IMG/VR virus record: IMGVR_UViG_3300021400_001341
Coordinates: 32,001-96,000 of that record
Strand: one strand, 5' to 3'
Origin: a virus
Lineage: Duplodnaviria > Caudoviricetes
DNA: 64,000 nt
Made by a program: the position numbers and the translations under genes
Notes under the pieces: model-generated
Database searches by the model: none
The model's input: the letters and a program-made list of their open reading frames with translations, nothing else
Told to the model about the DNA's origin: nothing
Shown: positions 20,779-30,833 of the stretch, piece by piece
How positions within the stretch are numbered: the first letter of the stretch is position 1
How the letters are laid out: every line of letters starts with the position of its first letter

Positions 20779-22220
20779 TGGCATTAGACAAACTTATTGA
20801 TAGTAATCGACTTGATGCTGCATTAACGGCTACTGCAAATGCCATACGGGATAAAGACCCAAACGCTGCGGCATCCATCCCATGGGATCTTGACACAGGG
20901 TTTGCAAGTGCCATTGGTAATATCTCTACAGGCAGTGGCGCAGAAGATGAATTAATAGCAAGAACTGTCAGTACTTATGAGAATTCGACTGCAACAAATA
21001 TTGGGGAATATGCGTTTTATTCTTACAGCAGTCTTTCGACTGTAAGCTTTCCGGTTTGTACGAATATTGAGAGTAGCGCATTTTATAGCTGCACTAACCT
21101 TTTAACTGTAAATTTCCCTGCTTGTATGAGCATTGGATATAACGCATTTCAAGGATGCTTCAATCTTTTATCTGCAAGTTTTCCTGTTTGCACAAACATT
21201 GAAAGTAGCGCATTTTATAGTTGCTCCAATCTTACAGCTGCGAGTTTTCCAGCTTGTACAAATGTTGGGAGTAATGCATTTTATGGATGCTTCAATCTTA
21301 CAACTATAAATTTTCCTACTTGCACAAGTATTGGGAGTTATGCATTTTATAGTTGCTCTAATCTTTTGACTGCAAGTTTTCCAGCTTGTACAAATGTTGG
21401 AAGTTATGCGTTTGATAGGTGTGTCAATCTTACAACCATAAATTTTCCTATTTGCACGAGTGTTGGGAGTGCTGCGTTTTATGGATGCTCCAGTCTTTCA
21501 ACTGCAAGTTTTCCTGTTTGCACGAGTATTGAAAATAGTGCATTTTATAATTGCTTCAATCTTACAACTATAAGTTTTCCTGTTTGTACAAACATTAAGA
21601 GTTATGCATTTCATAGTTGCTACAGTCTTACAACTGCAAGTTTCCCTGATTGCACAAGTATTGGAGATTATGGCTTTGATAATTGTTCCAATCTTACAAC
21701 TGCGAGTTTTCCTGCTTGTACAAATATTGGGAATGCGGCATTTCGAAGTTGCAGTAATCTTACAATTGCAAGTTTCCCTGCTTGCACGAGCATTAAGAGT
21801 TATGCGTTTGACAGTTGCTACAGTCTTACAACCGCGAGTTTTCCTGCTTGCACGACCATTGGAAGTTGTGTGTTTTATGATTGCTTTAGTCTTACAGCCG
21901 TAAGTTTTCCTGTTTGCACGATCATTGGGAGTCTTGCATTTCACGAATGCTCTAATCTTTCAACTGCAAGTTTTCCAGCTTGTACAACGATTCAGAGTAG
22001 TGCATTTTTTAAGTGTTACAGACTTCTTTCGTTATATTTGATGGGATCTTCTGTTGTAAGGTTAATGAGCAGCTCTGTTTTTGTTAGCACTCCAATTTCA
22101 ACTTATACAACTTATACAAGTGGCGAATATGGAAGTATTTATGTTCCAGCATCTTTGCTTGCGGATTATAAAATAGCAACTAACTGGAGTAGATATAGCA
22201 GTCGTTTTGTAGGAATTTAA
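20778..22220 (+). CDS. BspA-type leucine-rich repeat protein (LRR_5)
   Basis: About 16 tandem 22-aa repeats of the form CTxIGxxAFxxCxxLTTASFPx. Confidence 0.9.
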   Translation: MALDKLIDSNRLDAALTATANAIRDKDPNAAASIPWDLDTGFASAIGNISTGSGAEDELIARTVSTYENSTATNIGEYAFYSYSSLSTVSFPVCTNIESSAFYSCTNLLTVNFPACMSIGYNAFQGCFNLLSASFPVCTNIESSAFYSCSNLTAASFPACTNVGSNAFYGCFNLTTINFPTCTSIGSYAFYSCSNLLTASFPACTNVGSYAFDRCVNLTTINFPICTSVGSAAFYGCSSLSTASFPVCTSIENSAFYNCFNLTTISFPVCTNIKSYAFHSCYSLTTASFPDCTSIGDYGFDNCSNLTTASFPACTNIGNAAFRSCSNLTIASFPACTSIKSYAFDSCYSLTTASFPACTTIGSCVFYDCFSLTAVSFPVCTIIGSLAFHECSNLSTASFPACTTIQSSAFFKCYRLLSLYLMGSSVVRLMSSSVFVSTPISTYTTYTSGEYGSIYVPASLLADYKIATNWSRYSSRFVGI

Positions 22221-22230
22221 GGAGGATTAA

Positions 22231-23205
22231 ATGAAATTACAGATTCTTATACCGCAATATAAAGAAACTGATGAAATAATTAAACAATTACTGGATAGTA
22301 TAGCCATTCAGCAAAATGTTCCATTTGATCAGATCGGAGTAATTATTTGTAACGATGGAAGCGATATATTTCTGTCAGATGAATTATTGCATAGTTATCC
22401 GTTTGTGATTGAATATCATAAAGAACCTCACCGGGGAGTATCCGCAACAAGGAACGCTTGTCTTGATTATGCCACAGCTGAATACGTTATGTTCTGTGAT
22501 GCAGATGATATGTTTTATAACGCATGTGGATTGTGGATTGTGTTTCGTGAAATGGAAACAGGATTCGATAGCCTTGTGTCTGTATTTACTGAAGAAACAC
22601 GGCATCCGGAAACAAAAGAAGTCATTTATACCAATCATGAAATGGATAGCACTTTTGTTCATGGAAAAATTCACCGGCGGCAGTATCTGATCGATAAAGG
22701 TATACGTTGGAATGATAAACTTACGATCCATGAGGACAGTTATTTTAACATTCTCTGTCAGAATCTTTCTACAAATGTAAAATACTGTCAAACTCCATAT
22801 TATCTTTGGAAATGGCGTGATGATTCTGTATGCCGACATGATCCAAAATATATCCTAAAAACTTATCGTAATTTGCTTGATTCCAACGATGCGTTAATCG
22901 ATGAATTTTTAAGCAGAGGAATTCAGGATAAAGTTATGTTTTTTACTGCATTTATGATTTTTGACGCATATTATACCATGAACAAGCCGGAATGGATCGA
23001 TCAGGAAAATCAGGAATATCGAAACAGTACAGAAAAGCATTTCGCCGTGTGGTATAAAAAGCATGAAGATATTTGGGAAAGCGTTCCGATCAACGACAAG
23101 ATGATGATCAGTAATCAAGTCCGAAGCAGATCCGTAATGGAAGGAATGCGAATGGAAGCTGTAACTATTAATGCGTGGCTTAAACATATTAAGGAAATGA
23201 ATTAA
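22231..23205 (+). CDS. Glycosyltransferase family 2
   Basis: ILIPQY, ICNDGS, GVSATRNACL, MFCDADD (DxD) and HEDSYF motifs. Confidence 0.9.
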   Translation: MKLQILIPQYKETDEIIKQLLDSIAIQQNVPFDQIGVIICNDGSDIFLSDELLHSYPFVIEYHKEPHRGVSATRNACLDYATAEYVMFCDADDMFYNACGLWIVFREMETGFDSLVSVFTEETRHPETKEVIYTNHEMDSTFVHGKIHRRQYLIDKGIRWNDKLTIHEDSYFNILCQNLSTNVKYCQTPYYLWKWRDDSVCRHDPKYILKTYRNLLDSNDALIDEFLSRGIQDKVMFFTAFMIFDAYYTMNKPEWIDQENQEYRNSTEKHFAVWYKKHEDIWESVPINDKMMISNQVRSRSVMEGMRMEAVTINAWLKHIKEMN

Positions 23206-23442
23206 AGAACACTTTCTAAAGGTGGTGATGTGAAATGATTGGAGAAGGAGTGTCTCCGCTTACGATAGATAGTCCCGACGCGGACTGCCCTGCACAAGCG
23301 TTTGCGTGTAATTGGTGTCCGTTTAGGGACTACTGCGAAAAGAAACTTAAAGAACACTTTAAGTGTATATCAGTGTGTATCTGAACACACGCCGGGAGAG
23401 ATGCCAGTATCGTTCCCGGTTTCCTTTTGAGGTGGTGAAACG

Positions 23443-23535
23443 ATGATATCCGCATGGTGGCTAATCCCGGCGGTGATGATCGGTGCTTCTGTTGGAATCC
23501 TGCTTGTTGCACTGATCACAGCTAACAAGGAATGA
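23443..23535 (+). CDS. 30-aa single-TM membrane peptide
   Basis: RBS GAGGTG; translates to MISAWWLIPAVMIGASVGILLVALITANKE (too short for the ORF track). Confidence 0.55.
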   Translation: MISAWWLIPAVMIGASVGILLVALITANKE

Positions 23536-23871
23536 CAACGAGCAATGTCGGTTTGCCAGATTAAAAAAGCGATGGCTGGCTGTAATTGGGGCGTACTCCA
23601 TCCGATTTAAGAACACTAAGGAATGATATGTTTATAGTTATAAACGCCAAAACAAATCATATAACAAATCTCTTTTCAGAAGAGAGTACTAACTCAGAAC
23701 TTGTTATATAAATTAATCCAGACGCAACAGACAATCTTAATTTTGAGAACAACAGCGAGTCTATTATAGATAAAGATAGTGATTTGACGATTAGTATCCC
23801 TCGGGATTGTGCTTGCGCTTTATGCAACGCGCTGAAGTTCTCACTCAATATTTAAAAAGGAGTGATTCCCC

Positions 23872-24453
23872 GTGGGAGAAGTTACCAAAGTTGTCGGTCA
23901 ATGGATCGCCGACAACGTACCTTGGGCTGTACTTATCTGCGTATTTATCTTTTGTCTTTTCTTTGAGATTTCCAAAATCAAAGTCTATCCGTTAAGGTGG
24001 CTCTGGAAAGCAATTTCCTGGCCATTCCGAAAAATTGACGAACAGAGAACAGGGTCGTTTAAGAACCTTGTAGCTGAACTGAAAACTGACATCGATAAAA
24101 AAATGAGAGAAATGCGCGAAGACAGTGTGTCAAACTGTGCGTCTGTCAAAGCGTGTTTCGTTGAGTTAGAAAAGCGTTTCGACAAACTTGACGATAAGCA
24201 AGTGGAAACAGAAGAGCGGCTTGATATGCTTGCAGCCGCACGTATCAAGAATCATGTTTTGAATTTTGCCAGGCAATGCCGAAAAAATGAACATCATTCT
24301 CATGAGGATTTTGCCAATCTTTTCAAAGAGAATAAAGATTATGAAAAGCTAGTCCGTAAATATGGCTGGGATAACGACGTTTATAAACATGATTTTGCTT
24401 ACATTAAACGCGTTTACGATGAGTGTAACGACAGAGGCGAATTCTTGGAATGA
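23872..24453 (+). CDS. Membrane protein of the lysis cassette (holin-like)
   Basis: N-terminal TM segment plus FEISKIKVYPL motif; upstream of the endolysins. Confidence 0.5.
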   Translation: MGEVTKVVGQWIADNVPWAVLICVFIFCLFFEISKIKVYPLRWLWKAISWPFRKIDEQRTGSFKNLVAELKTDIDKKMREMREDSVSNCASVKACFVELEKRFDKLDDKQVETEERLDMLAAARIKNHVLNFARQCRKNEHHSHEDFANLFKENKDYEKLVRKYGWDNDVYKHDFAYIKRVYDECNDRGEFLE

Positions 24454-24462
24454 GGTGATCGC

Positions 24463-24804
24463 ATGACTAATTGTCGGATTGATCCGAGAAAACAGTTTAG
24501 CAAGCGATTAGCCAGATGGACCGCTATATTTTGGTTTTTCTATATGACGTGGCTTTCGGTGATCATGATTATCTCGCCAACAGCCGCGCTTTATTCTGTT
24601 TACATGGGGATTATTGTAACGGCCGTAATGATTCTAAATGTATGGGCTTATACAAGAAACAGCATCTACGAGAAGAGCGTGTTCGCTATGCTGGATAAAA
24701 CAAAGCTAGAACTCAGTTTAAAGGATTCTGCAGAGACCAATGTTGGCACACGCACAAACAACGAAGAAGAAGAACAATCAGACGAAGAAGGTGGTAACGG
24801 ATGA
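24463..24804 (+). CDS. Two-TM membrane protein, putative holin
   Basis: Two hydrophobic segments and an acidic C-terminal tail. Confidence 0.5.
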   Translation: MTNCRIDPRKQFSKRLARWTAIFWFFYMTWLSVIMIISPTAALYSVYMGIIVTAVMILNVWAYTRNSIYEKSVFAMLDKTKLELSLKDSAETNVGTRTNNEEEEQSDEEGGNG

Positions 24805-25526
24805 CTTATCCTGAAGTTGTTAGAAGATTTCTGGAAAAAGTGCTTGCTATCTTTAATTCCAACCCGAAGCGTCGTGAACCTGGCGATGGATCAGACGGGT
24901 ATTGTGACTGTATTGGATTAATTATTGGGGCCATTCGTAGAATGGGCCTTAAATGGACAGGCATTCATGGCTCAAACTGGGCCGCCAGAAAAGAGATTGT
25001 TGGTCTTGAAAAGTGTACAAGCGTTAATCAGCTTGAACTTGGAGACATTATTCTCAAAGGGTGCAGCCAGGGAACAAAAGGCTGGGCTTTGCCTTCGAGA
25101 TATAAAAAAGGCGGCAAATATTACAATGGCGATCTTACTGATTATTATCATGCCGGCGTTGTATATAGCCTTAATCCATTTCAAATCAGACACATGTCCA
25201 GCAGAATGACCGTTGATACGAAGCTTGGTAATTGGAATTATCACGGCAAATCTAGGCAGCTTGTAAACGCAGCAACAGAAGTTATGCCTACTCCTATTCC
25301 TACTTCTGGCACACAGGCTGTTCTCGTGGCTCCTTCCGGCAGAACAGTTAATCTTCGTAGAACTCCCAGTCTTAAAGGAGCTCTAATTAAACAAATTCCT
25401 CTTGGTACTATAATTAACATCATTTCTCCCGGTGAGGAATGGTGCAAGGTTTCCTATTCTAAATGGACTGGTTATATGATGGCTAAATTCCTCGATATTG
25501 TTGGAGACGGAAAAGGTAATTATTGA
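24801..25526 (+). CDS. NlpC/P60-like peptidoglycan hydrolase with SH3b domain
   Basis: GYCDCIGLI catalytic Cys, YYHAGV His, and VNLRRTPS...WCKVSY..WTGYM SH3b pattern. Confidence 0.7.
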   Translation: MTYPEVVRRFLEKVLAIFNSNPKRREPGDGSDGYCDCIGLIIGAIRRMGLKWTGIHGSNWAARKEIVGLEKCTSVNQLELGDIILKGCSQGTKGWALPSRYKKGGKYYNGDLTDYYHAGVVYSLNPFQIRHMSSRMTVDTKLGNWNYHGKSRQLVNAATEVMPTPIPTSGTQAVLVAPSGRTVNLRRTPSLKGALIKQIPLGTIINIISPGEEWCKVSYSKWTGYMMAKFLDIVGDGKGNY

Positions 25527-25540
25527 AAGGAGATTTTTTT

Positions 25541-25870
25541 ATGACTATCGATTTAACTCAAATTATTTTAGCTGTTATCACTCTTTTATTTGGTTTGCTC
25601 ATGAGGTATGTTATCCCGAATGTTAAAGCTAAGACCACTACTGATCAGATGGAGTTGATTCGAGCCGCTGTGAAAACTGCTGTATATGCAGTTGAACAGC
25701 TTTATAAGTCTAAGCCCGGACAGGAAAAGAAGCAGCTTGTAATCGACTTCTTAAAAGAACAGGGCTATATTGTCGACGATGAAAAAATTGAAACAAGCAT
25801 TTCGTTCATGATTGAAGAGATTGTTAAAGAGCTTAACATCGAACAAAAAGAACATACGGAGCAGAAATAA
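25541..25870 (+). CDS. Phage holin, LL-H family
   Basis: N-terminal TM plus AVKTAVYAVEQL..GQEKK motif; RBS AAGGAG precedes ATG 25541. Confidence 0.75.
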   Translation: MTIDLTQIILAVITLLFGLLMRYVIPNVKAKTTTDQMELIRAAVKTAVYAVEQLYKSKPGQEKKQLVIDFLKEQGYIVDDEKIETSISFMIEEIVKELNIEQKEHTEQK

Positions 25871-26556
25871 TGAGTGAGAAGATTATTTGGGATTATCTGA
25901 TGAGTAAGATCGGCAACCCTTATGGGGTTGCCGGTCTGATGGGAAATCTTTATGTCGAAAGCAGGTTAAGCTCAACCTGTTTACAGAGCTCATATGCTAA
26001 GAAACTTGGTATGACAGGCGACGAATACACGAGAAAAGTTGACGACAAGTCTTACGCAAATTTCGTGAATGACGCTGCTGGATATGGGCTAGCTCAATGG
26101 ACTCATTCCAGTCGTAAACAGTTGCTGTTAAACTTCGCTCAGCAAAGAGGATCTTCTATCGGAGATCTGAACATGCAGCTGGACTATCTTTGGCAGGAGA
26201 TTCAGACGTATACGACAGTTATCAACACTCTGAAGTCTGCTAAAAGCGTAAGAGAGGCTTCTGACATTGTCGTTAAAAGGTATGAAAAGCCTAAACATCA
26301 GGAAGAATCATATCTGAAAAACAGGGCAGATTTTGGTCAGAAGTATTACGCGAAGTTCACGGCAAAAGGAAAGTTGGTTCATCCAACTACAGACAGAGTG
26401 AATGTTCGAGTTGGCAACGGCCTGAAATATCGTAGGATTTTACAAGCTAATAAAATTGATTCCTTTGAATATGTCGGCACTATCGGCAACTGGCACGCAA
26501 TCGTCGTTAATGATCAAGTCGGATGGATCAGCGCTGACTTTACTAAGGTGGAATAA
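25870..26556 (+). CDS. Endolysin: phage tail-type lysozyme with SH3b
   Basis: GVAGLMGNLYVES, GYGLAQWT and YEKP motifs; C-terminal VNVRVG..GWIS. Confidence 0.85.
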   Translation: MSEKIIWDYLMSKIGNPYGVAGLMGNLYVESRLSSTCLQSSYAKKLGMTGDEYTRKVDDKSYANFVNDAAGYGLAQWTHSSRKQLLLNFAQQRGSSIGDLNMQLDYLWQEIQTYTTVINTLKSAKSVREASDIVVKRYEKPKHQEESYLKNRADFGQKYYAKFTAKGKLVHPTTDRVNVRVGNGLKYRRILQANKIDSFEYVGTIGNWHAIVVNDQVGWISADFTKVE

Positions 26557-26638
26557 AAAAGGGGTGACCTCTCTTCTGAGGTCACCCCAATTTTTTTCGC
26601 AATCGGAACTGCTCCGCCTTTTAATGGCGGAGCGTTCC
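26555..26638. terminator. Bidirectional rho-independent terminator(s) where the late and early blocks converge
   Basis: A-tract, GGGGTGACCTC/GAGGTCACCCC stem, T-tract (26555-26597); second hairpin at 26605-26638. Confidence 0.85.
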
Positions 26639-26660
26639 TCTTATCAACCGGCACAAAATC

Positions 26661-26927
26661 TTACTTAACAGCTTTCTTAAACGCTTTGCCCGGCTTAAAC
26701 GCGGGCACATTATGAGCGGCAATCTTCAGTGTCGCTCCGGTCTGCGGATTTCTGGCGTCACGAGCAGCCCTCTCACGGGCTTCAAACGTGCCAAACCCAA
26801 CCAGCTGTACGTTGTCTCCATTCGCTACAGCTTCCTTGACGGTTTCAATAAATGCGTTCAGAACTTTCTCGGCTTTCTTTTCGCCAGACTTTTCGATAAG
26901 CTTTTCAACCAATTCCTTCTTGTTCAT
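26661..26927 (-). CDS. hup: HU family DNA-binding protein
   Basis: MNKKELV...[25 protein letters not shown]...PAFKPGK. Confidence 0.95.
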   Translation of the reverse strand: MNKKELVEKLIEKSGEKKAEKVLNAFIETVKEAVANGDNVQLVGFGTFEARERAARDARNPQTGATLKIAAHNVPAFKPGKAFKKAVK

Positions 26928-27765
26928 TTCCTTCTATCCTTTCGTTGTCGTTGCCGGTTGATCTATTCAAAGGACACGATTCCGTGTCTCTGAATAACGC
27001 CATTGAAAACAGGCCTTCATGCGACAGCCTGTTAATAATGTTACGTTCGCAGGACATGTTGCTGCATTCGTTTCCGCACCAGGTTATATCATCATGAATC
27101 CAGCCACTCAAACTTGTCATAATCGCACATCTCCAGTTTGCCATTCTTTAACACATACCACACGCAATACGAATCAACATCTTCAATAATGTCGCGTTCT
27201 GTAAATTTGAGCCGATGTTTCATGAAAGATTGTGTAACAGCGGATGCTACCAGCTGTTTGAATCTTTTTGATTCATCTAAGTCTGCCATATAACTCATGG
27301 CTATCTTTCGTATTGTCGTTTTGTCTTTTTTCACAGTTGGAATTATGTGGACGTTGCCACATCCTTTGCATTGATTCATATCGTAAGGATCGAAATAACC
27401 GCATTCATAAACTTCATCGCAGAACGGGCATTTAAAGACGGGCTTGTGTGCTTTGCTCCATTTGGCCGGCACTCTGATCCAGTCAGACATATGGATCTTC
27501 CTTCCATGGTGTATTGTTCATTTCTTTTTCAGTTGGCATTTCGTTCCACACCCTATAGTTCCAGTTATAGTCCGGACATTCGTCTTCGTCACACTCTTCC
27601 ATAAGAAGATAATGTTTTCCGTTAGTAAAATCTAGTCCATTGAATTGTAATGTATAGATTTTATGTTTAAGATGCCGCACTTCTTCAAATACAAACTGTT
27701 TAGGCTGAACCGTTTTCAGCTCTTTGTATGTCATAACATGCGCCATAGCGTGTCATCTCCCTTGT

Positions 27766-28083
27766 TTATGCGCCATCAGCACAGTAATGGTTTTCCGGTC
27801 TTGCAAACCTATGTAGGTTGCACCAAACCATTCTTTTATCTAAAATCTCTTTATTACAATATTTACAATCTTTGCATTTTATAATCTCTTTTAACGGACA
27901 CCAGTTCGGTCGCTGCTCAGTCATCCAGATTTTATCTTGGTAATACATATACCGGCCATCCGGCAGACATCTAAAACAGTCTTTACCGTTATATACTTTC
28001 AGAAAGTTGCATTCCGCACAGCACTTTGGCATTTCCATGTTTATTTGAATCACTTTTGTTTCACCGTCTTTCTCCGTCGGCAC
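27766..28083 (-). CDS. Small Cys-rich (Zn-binding) phage protein; representative of the small-ORF cluster at 26.9-33.1 kb
   Basis: MEMPKCCAEC, RPNWCPL and CKDCKYC motifs. Confidence 0.55.
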   Translation of the reverse strand: MPTEKDGETKVIQINMEMPKCCAECNFLKVYNGKDCFRCLPDGRYMYYQDKIWMTEQRPNWCPLKEIIKCKDCKYCNKEILDKRMVWCNLHRFARPENHYCADGA

Positions 28084-29033
28084 AATACCAGTCAGCGATT
28101 GTGAATATATGATTTATTGCGCAGTGTCCATTGTGCTCTTTGTTCCAGTATTTGCATTTCAGGCACCTGACAATCGCTTCTTGCTTTTTCAGCAGGGCGT
28201 TAATCGCCATGTTCAATGCTTTTCGATATTGTCCGCTCAGGTAGTCGTGGTGAATTTTCATGTCGTTGCGGATCATTTCAGCTGCTTCATTGTTTGTTAT
28301 TCCAATTTCACCAGTCTTCCTGCTTTCTGTTGTCGTAATGAAGAGCAATAGGCATTTCAATACCGTCAAATATTTCTCCGCAGTTAGGACAGCTAAATGG
28401 TACAATTGTTTCCTTACTGATAAATTTCGAACCATGCTTTTCTATGTCTTTTGAGTAGTTAATGACACTAAATATTTGATTGCCACATTTACTGCATATT
28501 GGCTTGAAATGTATTTTTGGCATTTTCAATCTTCTCATCGTTGCTTGATTCTTTTCTGTGTTGGCAAAACAGAGAACATCCACAGCATGGCAATCCGGTT
28601 ACTCCGCACACATATTCATTGAACATTTTACTCACCTTTTACTTCGTAATACAGTAATTTTCTTCTTCAATCATTTCTATATAACGATTCCCATCCTCAA
28701 TAAGTTCCTGCTCAAGTTTATTTGATTCAGCTATATCCTGTTGCAAGCCTTTTCCGTAGCAATCATTCAAATCTCCAAACAAATTAGTTCCACCGACCTT
28801 TCTATACATCCTTAAACATTCTGCTGAGCAATGTATCATTTTCGTGACCTCACGAAAATGTTCAGCAATGGTACGAGGTTGGGCATAGGCCCATTCCCAT
28901 GCCCGTATCCTCTATCACACAGGTGGTTTTCAGTAGCCGGATATACTTTCACCCTTTATCACCGGACTGACCATCCGTTACTTCATAATACAGCAATTTT
29001 AAACAACACGGTTACCGATATATGTTAATACTA

Positions 29034-29085
29034 TGGACAGCACCGGAGTCGAACCGGTCCACCGTAAGTCACCTCTACGCCGCCC
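29034..29085 (-). ncRNA. Minimal tRNA-like element (acceptor stem plus T-arm only)
   Basis: GGGCGGC-20nt-ACCGG TTCGACT CCGGT-GCTGTCC-A. Confidence 0.45.
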
Positions 29086-29445
29086 GATAATATCCGGCAT
29101 ATATCAGCTAAATTATGTGTTCTTTAAGTTACTTCCATGCTCTGTTTCCGATTACAGCCTGTGCTTCTTCATAGCATAAGTGATTGAACCATTTCCATTG
29201 ACTAAATGTTTGATTAATACGCTTATGTCGAATGATAAAACGCAAGATGTTTCTAATAAATCGATGCATCGTTTCCCCTCGTTTGTGTTCTTTAATCCGT
29301 TTCATCTGCGGCCTTATTTTGCTTTTCCCTTGTGGCTTCGCAAATATAAGGCGGCTCACAGATTTCCCAGTACGGGCAATCATGGCAAATTGGCCACATA
29401 TCATCAATGTTATTCATTATTACTCCATGTGTTCTTTAACTAATA

Positions 29446-29540
29446 TGGCTACGGGGTAGGATTTTCCTACATACTGACATGGTTTTTTGTTAGCGTCCTT
29501 GTCTCCCGGTCTTTGGTTGGGAGCAGTTAAACGACCCGTA
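29446..29540 (-). ncRNA. Degenerate tRNA-like element ending in CCA
   Basis: TACGGG...GTAGG AAAAT CCTAC-CCCGTA-GCCA. Confidence 0.35.
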
Positions 29541-29883
29541 TATGTTACTTAAGCTATTTGGTGGCGAGTGCCTGTACCGTCACCGCTCAGTATTGTTCAC
29601 AACTTCTTCTCTTTAACTGCTGAGTTTTCTACAAGTTCAAATTTGCTTGTATACTGCACTCCGCAAAAATCACATTTGCCCTCGCCGTACTTCAGTGTAA
29701 CTGTTCCACCGCATTTTGGACATACGATTGGCTTGACCGCAATAATATTGGCCTGCAATGCATATGTTTTACCGTTAACCGATATGGAGTGAATAAACCC
29801 GTCAACTTTTCGCTCGTTACCTTTTTCATCAACGATAGTTGGCATAATATCACCCTTTCAAACAAATTGTCACATCAAAGTCT

Positions 29884-30067
29884 ATAAGCGGGTGAGGATT
29901 TGCACCTCACATACGGGCTTTATTCTCCACAGTTCCGAGTTTTTACGTCCTCTACGACTGGAGCCGCTTTTTCGGCGCGTAGTCTCAACTCTCGCATGCC
30001 CGCCAACCGTCTACTGCTGCATCCCTGTGGATTTGTATTTTTGCCTACCTATTCCACCACCGCTTAT
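29884..30067 (-). ncRNA. tRNA-like RNA with expanded central region (copy 1)
   Basis: ATAAGCGG/CCGCTTAT closing stem, D-loop-like TGGTGGAATAGGTAG, and T-arm GTGAGG TGCAAAT CCTCAC. Confidence 0.6.
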
Positions 30068-30083
30068 CATTATTTACTGAACG

Positions 30084-30650
30084 TCAGTCATTGTTTTCTT
30101 CTGGCGGTTTGATCGTGGCGTAAATATCACAATAGGTGGAATCAAAGGCATCATCAATCCTGCAGATGAACCATGGCTGATCTTTCACCTCGTTACAGTA
30201 ATACGGCCAGTTTCCGCCGCCGATTCTTGCATGGATATAAAGAACGTCAGGCCTGCCGCAATAACGATTGAATAATTCAAGCTGTTCACGATTACGCCGA
30301 TAAGCAGTTTTAATAACATACTTGAACTTCTTGCGCTTTTTACCATGAATACGATCCCATCTGACTCCGATAGGTGTGAAATGATCTGTGTCATACTTCA
30401 GGTACTTTCGCTTGATTCGACGGGTTCTGTCTGAACATTCGAAACAGTAGGCGTTGATCCGAAAGTCTGATTCACAGAGAGCTTCACATTCTTGCAGGCC
30501 CAATTGATTGGCAGATTCTGAAATATCGTCTGCAGAAATTGCTTTTTCCTGACTCATCAGCCTAAGTCCGCGCAGTCTTGGAACTGTGATTCCGTTGTCT
30601 ACCAGGATTTTGTCAAGATTTTCAATTTGTGCGTAGGCTCCCAAATCCAT
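30084..30650 (-). CDS. Hypothetical phage protein
   Basis: 188-aa ORF with RBS AAGGAG; ends in DDAFDSTYCDIYA. Confidence 0.6.
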   Translation of the reverse strand: MDLGAYAQIENLDKILVDNGITVPRLRGLRLMSQEKAISADDISESANQLGLQECEALCESDFRINAYCFECSDRTRRIKRKYLKYDTDHFTPIGVRWDRIHGKKRKKFKYVIKTAYRRNREQLELFNRYCGRPDVLYIHARIGGGNWPYYCNEVKDQPWFICRIDDAFDSTYCDIYATIKPPEENND

Positions 30651-30686
30651 AATATTTTCTCCTTTTTAAGATGTGTTTGATTGATT

Positions 30687-30833
30687 GAGCGGGTGAGGAT
30701 TTGCACCTCACATGACAGCCTTTACCAAGATCGCGGGTCGCATGAGCCATAGCTCCTTCTTCTCTCGGAGTAACGTTACCTCTCCGATGGTAGCTGTCTC
30801 CCGGTAGCACGTCTACCTTTTCCGTCACCTCTC
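30687..30833 (-). ncRNA. tRNA-like RNA with expanded central region (copy 2)
   Basis: GAGAGG/CCGCTC stem, D-arm ACG GAAAAGGTAGA CGT, and a 26-nt 3' end identical to copy 1 (ATGTGAGGTGCAAATCCTCACCCGCT). Confidence 0.6.

Noticed and set aside
20980-22030. CRISPR array
   Set aside because: The 66-bp periodicity is an in-frame LRR coding repeat without unique spacers. No cas operon is present, and the PD-(D/E)XK gene lies in the replication module.
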